Assembly (NCBI GenBank): GCA_964517685.1
Contig: CAZFCF010000010.1
Coordinates: forward strand, 6,624 to 70,623
Origin: an uncultured Gammaproteobacteria bacterium
GTDB lineage: Bacteria; Cyanobacteriota; Vampirovibrionia; LMEP-6097
Length of the DNA stretch: 64,000 nt
Direction: 5' to 3'
The notes below the pieces were generated by a model. That model saw only the letters and a list, made by a program, of their open reading frames with translations, made no database searches and had not been told where the DNA came from. Shown here in pieces: positions 54,645 through 62,604 of the stretch. The translations under genes were made by a program, and so were the position numbers. Within the stretch, counting starts at the first letter, position 1; the number at the start of each line of letters is the position of its first letter.

Positions 54645-55616
54645 TTAGAAGACATAATTCATAGAAAAGAAAAGCAACGCATTAGTATCTGGTTGCTTGC
54701 CATTGAGACTCTCTATGACTGGAATACCAACAGCGAAGCTAGTTACCAAATGATCATTAATACCTAAACGTAGACCGGGTGTTAGAAGAATAGTATTACC
54801 GCCATGCGAGTCGTCTTTTACTCCTTGGTATTCCACACGCTCTTTCCACATACCATTCATTTCCATACTCCAACCTAAAGTAAGTTTTTGTTTGAGAACT
54901 TCACGCGAACCCACAATACCTGAAACAGCAAGGTTATAACTTACACCATCACCAATAATTACTTCCTTAGTGCCAGGTGTAGACATTTTATAAATTCCAT
55001 TTAGATCTACAGAAAATTTATTGAATTTTTTATTCACGAGTAAACCCATAATCGGATCCCAAGAACCAGAGCCAGGTTGCTCATCTGGAGCGAGTTTAAA
55101 ACCAGACTCACCTCTTTCGTTAGTTTGCCCTGTAGGCATTCTTATACCAGCAAGCACCGCAGCAGAAATATTCTGCTCATGCATTTGCAAGAAACGATAC
55201 TTTGCAAGCAAAGTCATATCCCCCATACCAATTGAATCGAAGTCATTATAAGTTTGACCATCATAGGTATATTTGAGATTGTATTTTGCATTGTAAGGAT
55301 AGCTTGCAATCAAATTAAAATTTTCACTAACACCATAAACAAGATTCAAAGTGTTAATCATCTGTGAGTCATAGCTATGACCATGCTTACCTTGGCGATT
55401 TAATTTAGCATAATCAGCAGCATTAAATTGATCTACATCAAGATACTGCATAGTGTAACCAATGGCTACTCTGTTACGCGTTAAAGTATCAGGACTCATA
55501 GTTAGAATTGGCGAACCTGCATCTAAACCACCTAAAGATTGCGCGCAATAGGAGCAAGCCTGAGAGCGTGTTATAGTGCTAAGTAATAAAAAAATTACTG
55601 CTAAAAATCTTTTCAC
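54645..55616 (-). CDS. outer-membrane beta-barrel protein (transporter/MetA-like family)
   Basis: Signal peptide, alternating beta-strand pattern, C-terminal ...MNYVF. CSYC sits at the mature N-terminus. GTG start. Confidence 0.55.
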   Translation of the reverse strand: MKRFLAVIFLLLSTITRSQACSYCAQSLGGLDAGSPILTMSPDTLTRNRVAIGYTMQYLDVDQFNAADYAKLNRQGKHGHSYDSQMINTLNLVYGVSENFNLIASYPYNAKYNLKYTYDGQTYNDFDSIGMGDMTLLAKYRFLQMHEQNISAAVLAGIRMPTGQTNERGESGFKLAPDEQPGSGSWDPIMGLLVNKKFNKFSVDLNGIYKMSTPGTKEVIIGDGVSYNLAVSGIVGSREVLKQKLTLGWSMEMNGMWKERVEYQGVKDDSHGGNTILLTPGLRLGINDHLVTSFAVGIPVIESLNGKQPDTNALLFFSMNYVF

Positions 55617-55641
55617 GCTAAAATATCTTTGTTTCAGTGCA

Positions 55642-55666
55642 AACCTTATATCAATACTACAAGGTT
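55642..55666. promoter_or_regulatory. 25-bp palindromic MerR-type operator, copy 1
   Basis: AACCTTATATCAATACTACAAGGTT between the OMP gene and the MerR-family gene. Matches 60988-61012 at 22 of 25 positions. Confidence 0.5.
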
Positions 55667-55693
55667 CAGTATAAAATAAAGCAAACCCCGTTA

Positions 55694-56113
55694 ATGACTA
55701 AAACTCTAAAACAAAAAAATAATTTAACCATTGGCGATCTAGCCAAGAAAGCTGGAATTAATCTACAAACTATTAGATATTACGAACGCTTGGATTTACT
55801 ACCAGATCCAGAGCGCACTGACTCTGGCTATCGTATTTATGATGATAGTTACCTCAAACATATTAAGTTTGTAAAGAATGCCCAGGATCTAGGTTTTACT
55901 TTAGATGAAATCAAAGATCTAGTTTCTGTAAAACTCAACCCCAAAGCACATGGCAAAGATGTCAAAAAAATCATCGAAGCTAAAATTGAAGATATAGAAA
56001 ATCAAATTGAAGAATTGAAAGAAACCAAAAAATATTTGGAAGACTTAGATAAATCTTGCTCTGGTAAAATGCTTAGTTCTTGTTGTCCGATTATTGGGAC
56101 TTTGCATGAATAG
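55694..56113 (+). CDS. MerR-family metal-responsive regulator, CueR-like
   Basis: HTH IGDLAKKAGINLQTIRYYERLDLL. C-terminal CSGKMLSSCCPIIGTL resembles the CueR metal loop C-x7-C-PIIENL. Start set at ATG 55694. Confidence 0.7.
   Translation: MTKTLKQKNNLTIGDLAKKAGINLQTIRYYERLDLLPDPERTDSGYRIYDDSYLKHIKFVKNAQDLGFTLDEIKDLVSVKLNPKAHGKDVKKIIEAKIEDIENQIEELKETKKYLEDLDKSCSGKMLSSCCPIIGTLHE
56093..56112 (+). repeat. 20-bp direct repeat, left copy (3' end of the CueR-like gene)
   Basis: ATTGGGACTTTGCATGAATA, identical to 59825-59844. Confidence 0.9.
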
Positions 56114-56147
56114 AACTTACTAAGGCATTTCAATACAAACAAGATAA

Positions 56148-59100
56148 ATGCTACCATGTAATCTTGCTCAAATGTCTGTCATTAGTCCTAAATATTTATT
56201 GCAATCAGGCGCTAGTTTTAGAGAGATAAGGGCCAATATTGATCCTTCAACTGGACTTTTATTTCCTGTTGGTGTGAAAACTCCTCTTTATGACTTTGCT
56301 CATTTAAAGTCTTTACCTAGATCAACAAGAAAACAAAAATTTGCTGCAATAAAAGCAGGGAAAAAAACTCGACAACAATTCGAGCAATTAAAACAAGAAT
56401 CTGAAGTTAGGTTGGCTCCTGTTCAAAGGCAAATCAAATTATCCAAAGCAGAATTAAAAAATAAGCAAGATGAGCTAGCTGAAATTATTAATAGCTATCA
56501 AATTAGTGCAGAAGTTGATGATAGTGAATATGAAAATAGAATTGCACATACTATAAATGAAGCAAAGAAAATTTTTCAAGAACAACAGTCCCATGAATCT
56601 CAAGTAAGAGATTTGAAATCACAATATAAAGGAAAATTTCATGGCTTGGAACAAGAAAAACAAGCTAGAGATTTAACCTACCCTGCACCAGAACAAAAAC
56701 CTTTTGCACTCAGGGTTTTAGATGAAGAGTTTAATTTTACTAATGACGAAAAATCACTACTTGAGAGTAGAGTGGAAAACTTTACTTCAATCCCAATAGC
56801 CACTGAAGTTAAAGCAAAATTCTCCAGACTGAAAGATTATATATACGCAAAAAAAAATCTCAAGCCTTTCGAAGAAAATACTTTATTACTTGAAATAAAT
56901 AGTGATAATGCAGTTGTTTATCTACGCAATAAACTTGCTCAAATAAGTTCTCGTTATGATAGACAAACAAAATTAGAACAATGGATTCAAATCTATTTAA
57001 AATCCCCAACCTTCAATTCAGAGCAAGCTAAGGTTTTAAATTTCTTACTTAAAGAATATAAAGGTATTCCCAGTAGTCACTCGGAAAGCCTTTTTGCTAA
57101 GGCAAAAAATTATCCAGAATTAATTGATGTTTTAGTACATTTATTTAAGCAAACTCCAGACTACAGCCAAACTATGATTCTTGTTAAAGCTCTTAGAAGC
57201 AAAAATCACGAGCTTACAGAAAAATTGCTAGCTATATACAAAGATGAGTCGAAGATAGAAGATTTTCAAAAACATAAATTCTTGAATCTGCAACGCTATC
57301 CATATGATGAATATTTATGGACATATGCATTAGAAACGGACTCAAAAGGTTTTGAAATTTTAGCAAAACGCTATGGCAAAGATTTTATTGAAAGAATTTT
57401 TGACTTTAATAAAACTGAATATAATCAAAAAGAACTCGTTCAAAGTCAACCAGAATTACTTAGTTCTAATACTTATTTTTTCCTAACAGCAGTTAAGAAT
57501 GGTAATCTTCCTTTAATCAAACTTATTTGGGCAGGAATTCCTGAGCAGTCTAAAAAGTTATACTGCAAAAAAGATATTTATAAAGCTATTAGATCACAAG
57601 AAAAAAATTTCATTTCTTTTGTTTTAGATATTGCTGTAAAAAATGGCAATTTAGAAATGGTCCAAGGTATTTTAGATTTAATGCCAAATGAAACACTCAA
57701 ACATAAATTACTAGAATCTTCTTTATATCCATTTTCACCATATTCAGACCATCCCTTTTCATCACCTCTAAAATCCCGCCCTTTCCAAATTATTTATACA
57801 GCAATAGAAACAGGACAAGCAGCAATAGTATCAAATCTACTAAAGAATATTAGTCCAGTAGAGAAACAAACAATTTATACAAATTCTTGTCGTGAATTTT
57901 TACGACTAGTTGCTCATCTTTTTCGTAAAGAAAACATCTCAAATACAGAATTTGAAGCTGGCAAAAACTTGCTTAATGATTTTTTACAGAACAACAGTAA
58001 AAGCAAAATAAATTTCTTAGCCCAAGTTTTAGATTATTTAGTCCGCATGGATCCTCTTCATGATATTGATTATAGGAATCTCTACAAATGGTTAGAAGAA
58101 ACATCTCAAGAACAAAAAAATATAACTTGTTCTGAGGCTACAACAAAAATTAAAATGATAGATTCTTATCCAAATTTTTCAGAATACTTTGCTGATGAAA
58201 TAAATGTATCTAATCTAATACAGTCTATGACTGGGGAGCAGGACACACACATTATCAATCATGCAAGAGTAAGAATACCGTTAGCTCTATATGATTTTGT
58301 CATTAAAACCAATCCTACAATTATTGATAAAGTTTTAGATCACTATAAAAAAATTGATCAATCTTTAGTAAGTCATATTGTTAACAATATAGTCTCTAAA
58401 ATTCAATTTACTGCAAATGATTATGGGCAGGAGTCAAAAGAAAGAATAGAGAACAATATCAAATACATCTTTGATAAATACAAAGACTCAATTCCTTTAC
58501 AAAAAATTATTAGTAACAATAAATTTGCTTTCTTATGCAAGCTTACAAATTCTTTTTCGCCAAATTTGGTAAATTATTTTATTAATCAAATTGAAGATAT
58601 TGAAACAAAAAACAGCTTAGTAAAAATTTTCCCAACTTACATAAAACTTTCTCAAGCATTGAGTTTGAGTTTAATGATGGAAGATTATCCCAATTATTAT
58701 CGGGCACAAGATTTTGCTGCTACATATGCATTTGATTTAGCTAATCTTTTTGATGGTGATTATAAAGCAGCTTGCAATTTTATTTTCAATAAATTTCAAC
58801 TGTGGCAGGACAAATCCTTACATAATACTTTACTTAATATCAGAGGACCTAAAGAACTTAATGGCTGGGAAAAAAATAAATGGAAAGATTTAATAGAGAA
58901 ACAAATAGCAAGTCCGCAAGGAAAAAATGAACCGCAGATTAGTAATATGCTTGAACAGGCAATTAAAATTCAGGAAGCTTTATCCAAAATGCCTGGAAGA
59001 AATTTAAGAACTTTAAATCCTTATGAAGTTCAAGCATTAGTCTATAAAACTATGTTTGCAAATGCTGAAGCAGACAAAGATTTATTCAACATTTGTATAG

Positions 59101-59819
59101 ATCCCCATATCCTGGCTACTGAAGAGCAATTCAATAAAGCTTTCTTAGTAAGAGAAGGAATCAGAAAAAATTTAGAGCAATTAAAAGCCAACGATCAAAT
59201 TCCTGAACTCGGTACCAGATTAAGTCCGAACTTAAGTGTTTTACAACTTGCACAATATCCTGATTATTACATGATGAAAATGGATCGATTAGATCCTAGA
59301 ATTCTTTTCATCGGAGCTTATGTTGGTTGTTGTAATCGTATCGGTAAAGAAACTGAAGCTATGGCCATTGCTCAAGCCAGCTCTCCATATGGTGGCTGTT
59401 ATGTGCTGTTCAAGCGTAATGGGGAAAATATTGATCCAGTGCAAGATTCTATTATTGCTAAAACTTCAGTCTGGAAAAGCAAACAAAACAACATTGTTTT
59501 TAATTCCTGGGAATCAACAGAAGGAGAGACTCGAGAAGAAGATTTTCTTAAAGCCGCTGCTAAAGATGTATTAGAAAAAGATTCAAAAATCAATGCTGTC
59601 AAACTTGGCAAAAACCAATATAGATATAAATTTTCTCCAATTAAATCAGACCAAGCTATTGATCCCTCAACTGCATCTTATGATTCTGAAGATCAATATT
59701 TAGTTGCAACAAGAAAAGGATATTCAGAAGCCAAGACCATACCTGGAACTCAAAACAAACAAGAATCTACAACTCCAAGCTCTAAGAAAAAATTTAATTC
59801 TTTTTCATCTTCTTCGTGA
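56148..59819 (+). CDS. very large hypothetical protein (1223 aa) with coiled-coil N-terminus and ankyrin-like helical repeats
   Basis: Uninterrupted 3.7-kb ORF. Repeats of the type AVKNGNLPLIKLIW, AVKNGNLEMVQGILDL and AIETGQAAIVSNLLKN. The C-terminal region is unrecognised. Confidence 0.6.
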   Translation: MLPCNLAQMSVISPKYLLQSGASFREIRANIDPSTGLLFPVGVKTPLYDFAHLKSLPRSTRKQKFAAIKAGKKTRQQFEQLKQESEVRLAPVQRQIKLSKAELKNKQDELAEIINSYQISAEVDDSEYENRIAHTINEAKKIFQEQQSHESQVRDLKSQYKGKFHGLEQEKQARDLTYPAPEQKPFALRVLDEEFNFTNDEKSLLESRVENFTSIPIATEVKAKFSRLKDYIYAKKNLKPFEENTLLLEINSDNAVVYLRNKLAQISSRYDRQTKLEQWIQIYLKSPTFNSEQAKVLNFLLKEYKGIPSSHSESLFAKAKNYPELIDVLVHLFKQTPDYSQTMILVKALRSKNHELTEKLLAIYKDESKIEDFQKHKFLNLQRYPYDEYLWTYALETDSKGFEILAKRYGKDFIERIFDFNKTEYNQKELVQSQPELLSSNTYFFLTAVKNGNLPLIKLIWAGIPEQSKKLYCKKDIYKAIRSQEKNFISFVLDIAVKNGNLEMVQGILDLMPNETLKHKLLESSLYPFSPYSDHPFSSPLKSRPFQIIYTAIETGQAAIVSNLLKNISPVEKQTIYTNSCREFLRLVAHLFRKENISNTEFEAGKNLLNDFLQNNSKSKINFLAQVLDYLVRMDPLHDIDYRNLYKWLEETSQEQKNITCSEATTKIKMIDSYPNFSEYFADEINVSNLIQSMTGEQDTHIINHARVRIPLALYDFVIKTNPTIIDKVLDHYKKIDQSLVSHIVNNIVSKIQFTANDYGQESKERIENNIKYIFDKYKDSIPLQKIISNNKFAFLCKLTNSFSPNLVNYFINQIEDIETKNSLVKIFPTYIKLSQALSLSLMMEDYPNYYRAQDFAATYAFDLANLFDGDYKAACNFIFNKFQLWQDKSLHNTLLNIRGPKELNGWEKNKWKDLIEKQIASPQGKNEPQISNMLEQAIKIQEALSKMPGRNLRTLNPYEVQALVYKTMFANAEADKDLFNICIDPHILATEEQFNKAFLVREGIRKNLEQLKANDQIPELGTRLSPNLSVLQLAQYPDYYMMKMDRLDPRILFIGAYVGCCNRIGKETEAMAIAQASSPYGGCYVLFKRNGENIDPVQDSIIAKTSVWKSKQNNIVFNSWESTEGETREEDFLKAAAKDVLEKDSKINAVKLGKNQYRYKFSPIKSDQAIDPSTASYDSEDQYLVATRKGYSEAKTIPGTQNKQESTTPSSKKKFNSFSSSS

Positions 59820-59824
59820 GTATC

Positions 59825-59844
59825 ATTGGGACTTTGCATGAATA
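59825..59844 (+). repeat. 20-bp direct repeat, right copy
   Basis: ATTGGGACTTTGCATGAATA, 5 nt after the stop of the 1223-aa ORF. Confidence 0.9.
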
Positions 59845-59871
59845 AAAGCTAGTATTCTCGAAAAGATCTTG

Positions 59872-60315
59872 CTAACTTTTACTACCAGATAATTGGAGCT
59901 TTACATTACCCTGTTGAGCCTTATGCATTTCACGAATAAATACAGTAGTAGTAGGACCTTTACCTTCATTAAGTAAACATTTGGCTTTCCCTTGCTGTTC
60001 TAAGAAATCTGCAATTTTAAATCTATGCCAATCATAAGCTAAGTCCAAAGGCGAGGAACCTTGCAGCATCGGCTTATTTAAATCCAGCTTTAATTTCTTA
60101 AAATTATCTACAACACATTTCGATAATTCCAAATCATCATAGTAAATTGCTGCAACTAATAGATTCACCTTTAGAAATGTACCTTTAGGCTGGTGAATAT
60201 TTAAATCGTCATATTCTTTTAAAAGCTCAGGGATGCGACTTAGTAATTCAGCTTTATATTGTCGTTCATGAGTAGTATTTTTTTGTTGCCTTGCTTGCAA
60301 CCAATTATCAAACAA
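59872..60315 (-). CDS. ankyrin-like hypothetical protein (possibly 3' part of a TGA-interrupted gene starting at 60453)
   Basis: GSSPLDLAYDWHRFKIADFLEQQG is ANK-like. TTG start in the track. The same frame continues upstream through a single TGA to an ATG with a GGAGA SD. Confidence 0.5.
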   Translation of the reverse strand: MFDNWLQARQQKNTTHERQYKAELLSRIPELLKEYDDLNIHQPKGTFLKVNLLVAAIYYDDLELSKCVVDNFKKLKLDLNKPMLQGSSPLDLAYDWHRFKIADFLEQQGKAKCLLNEGKGPTTTVFIREMHKAQQGNVKLQLSGSKS

Positions 60316-60517
60316 TGGATTAACAATTTTCTCAGCGGCGGCTCTTCTTTCATTTTGTCATTTATTTTCTTTTTCTCTACGAACTCTAATTGCGTCCTCG
60401 GTGAAATGATAATTGCTTCTTCTCAATATATCCGATAACGTATTTCTACTCATATAATTTTCTCCAATAATAAGATTAATTCACTATATCAAAGATATTA
60501 CGGCAAGATAATTAAAC

Positions 60518-60967
60518 TTACAGAGTATGCCCATCATCATCGTTTCTAACAACAACTATATCCTCGCTCTGAAGCACTCTTCCTGTGAAGTCTTCAGGAT
60601 AGCTAATTCTAATCCCTGCATTATCACCTTCACTTAGATTTTGAAAATCAATCAGAATAGAATATTCTGTACCATCAAGATCAAACTTATAAGTCAAAAT
60701 CTTTTCATCTGTTACTAACGCATTTACTAATTTCTCAACGCCTTCTTGTTCAATTTTCAACTTGGCACCTTGAGAAGTAACTTTTGCTGATTTAATCGTA
60801 AATGATCCTGCATCTTCATCATCAACTAAGATTTTAAATTCAGCACCTTTTAAAGCTTTAACTTCCTCCAAATAGGTTGCTTCAAGCACATGTCCAGAAT
60901 GTGCTTGAATACCTGATCCTAGAAATATTACTGCAATCAATAAAACTAAAAAAGTTTTTTTTAACAT
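60518..60967 (-). CDS. small secreted protein (possible metal-binding; mature N-terminus HSGH)
   Basis: Signal peptide ending GIQA, then HSGH. Acidic, with a DDDGH C-terminus. Preceded by operator copy 2. Confidence 0.55.
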   Translation of the reverse strand: MLKKTFLVLLIAVIFLGSGIQAHSGHVLEATYLEEVKALKGAEFKILVDDEDAGSFTIKSAKVTSQGAKLKIEQEGVEKLVNALVTDEKILTYKFDLDGTEYSILIDFQNLSEGDNAGIRISYPEDFTGRVLQSEDIVVVRNDDDGHTL

Positions 60968-60987
60968 ATTTTTCTCCTAAAGGCTAA

Positions 60988-61012
60988 AACCCTATAGCAA
61001 TACTATAAGGTT
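60988..61012. promoter_or_regulatory. 25-bp palindromic MerR-type operator, copy 2
   Basis: AACCCTATAGCAATACTATAAGGTT between the 149-aa secreted-protein gene and mutM. Confidence 0.5.
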
Positions 61013-61039
61013 CTCGTTTTAAAATGTCAATAGATCTTA

Positions 61040-61882
61040 ATGCCAGAATTACCAGAAGTTGAAACCGTTTGTCGTGGGCTAAAGCCCAGATTGAAAAATC
61101 ATATCATTAGCGAAATAGAAATCATTAATCCTAAGCTGCGTATTCCAATTCCTAAAGAACTACCAAGTAAATTAAAAAACAAAAAAATTCTTGAAATAAA
61201 ACGCAAGGCTAAATATATTTTGATTGAGATGGAACAAGATCTAACACTTGTAATTCATTTAGGCATGAGCGGCAGAGTAATTCTTTCCACCACTGAGAAT
61301 GAAGAAAAAGCGAGTAAAAAAATAAACCCAAAACACACTCATCTAATAATTACTTTAGATGATGAGACTAAAGTAATTCATAATGACACCAGAAAATTTG
61401 GCTTAGTAACCTATATAGAAACAAGCAAACTCAATGAACATAGGCTTTTTAACAAGTTAGGGTTAGAACCCTTTTCTAAAGAATTTACTGCAAAAAAATT
61501 AGAAGAACTTTTTGCGCGCAGAAATAAATCTATTAAATCCGTTCTAATGGATTCGAGCATTATAGTTGGCATCGGTAACATATATGCATCAGAAATTTTA
61601 TTTAAAGCCAAAGTCCATCCCGAAAGGAATGCAAATACTCTGACCACTAATGATTGCAAATTAATTCACAAATATACTTTAGAAGTCCTAGATGCTGCAA
61701 TTAAAGACGGTGGTTCAAGTCTTAGAGATTACATCAAAAGTGATGGAGTGCTTGGGCGCTTTCAACATCATTTTTTGGTATATGGCAAAACTGGTAAACC
61801 TTGCTCTGTATGCAGCTCTACAATAAAAAGCACTAAGCAAGGTGGCAGGACTAGTTTTTATTGTCTGAGTTGTCAGAACTAA
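61040..61882 (+). CDS. mutM: formamidopyrimidine-DNA glycosylase
   Basis: MPELPEVE N-terminus, H2TH region and a C-terminal CxxC...CxxC zinc finger. Confidence 0.95.
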   Translation: MPELPEVETVCRGLKPRLKNHIISEIEIINPKLRIPIPKELPSKLKNKKILEIKRKAKYILIEMEQDLTLVIHLGMSGRVILSTTENEEKASKKINPKHTHLIITLDDETKVIHNDTRKFGLVTYIETSKLNEHRLFNKLGLEPFSKEFTAKKLEELFARRNKSIKSVLMDSSIIVGIGNIYASEILFKAKVHPERNANTLTTNDCKLIHKYTLEVLDAAIKDGGSSLRDYIKSDGVLGRFQHHFLVYGKTGKPCSVCSSTIKSTKQGGRTSFYCLSCQN

Positions 61883-62304
61883 GTAAGATCGGTATGTAAT
61901 CTACGTCTATCAGGATCACTTAATTGTGGATTCTCTGGGGAAGCACCTTGCATCTTTCTGTAGGTACTAAAATACAAAACTTTCATTCTAACAAAAAATT
62001 TGTCCCTAAGACTTAGTCGTCCACCATTAGAGTCTTGTCCCATTGTTGAATTAAAAATTTCACCAGCAAAGCTTGGTACTAAATCAACTAAAGTTCCATT
62101 TTTAAACTGTAACTGAAAGTCAACCGGAATGTTGCCCTCAAGTATAACTTGAGCATTATGAGTTTCAACATCTGGATTGTGTTGCAAAACATTGCTAGCA
62201 AGCTGATTCAAAGCTTCAAAAATTTTCTCACTTAACCCTTCACCTCTTGGCTCTTTAATATTTCCTAAATTAACTGAAAAAAGTGCTTGAGGGATAGAAG
62301 TCAT
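61879..62304 (-). CDS. hypothetical protein (candidate partner of the ParD-like antitoxin)
   Basis: ORF 35 nt downstream of the antitoxin gene on the same strand. No domain recognised. Confidence 0.45.
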   Translation of the reverse strand: MTSIPQALFSVNLGNIKEPRGEGLSEKIFEALNQLASNVLQHNPDVETHNAQVILEGNIPVDFQLQFKNGTLVDLVPSFAGEIFNSTMGQDSNGGRLSLRDKFFVRMKVLYFSTYRKMQGASPENPQLSDPDRRRLHTDLT

Positions 62305-62339
62305 CAGTAAATTATACTCTTCAATTCATTGCAATCAAT

Positions 62340-62564
62340 TCATCCAAACTTATATTCACTAAGCTTACCCTTAGCTTTTTCTTCTAAACCTAAAAGTATG
62401 CCTTTGATAAATTCATAATTTAAATATGGATTTTCTTCCATAATTTTGCCAATTTTGAACCAATACTCTATTTGACCTGAAATTGACCTGTTCTCAACTT
62501 TGGCATATTTTTTTGCCTCATTTACTAAGTCCTTTGAAAGTTTTATAAATTTAGCCATACTCAT
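62340..62564 (-). CDS. ParD-like type II antitoxin family protein
   Basis: KLSKDLVNEAKKYAKVENRSISGQIEYWFKIGKIMEENP matches my recollection of the ParD_like family (..RS...QIE.W.RIG...E.NP). Confidence 0.55.
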   Translation of the reverse strand: MSMAKFIKLSKDLVNEAKKYAKVENRSISGQIEYWFKIGKIMEENPYLNYEFIKGILLGLEEKAKGKLSEYKFG

Positions 62565-62604
62565 AATTATCTTATAAAAACCCTATTTGATAAACTAATT
62601 TCTT

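Noticed and set aside
60358-60360. Genome-wide TGA reassignment (UGA as a sense codon), prompted by the in-frame TGA.
   Set aside because: TGA ends several conserved genes (Fic, hom, tsaE) at positions consistent with full-length family members, so the standard code applies.
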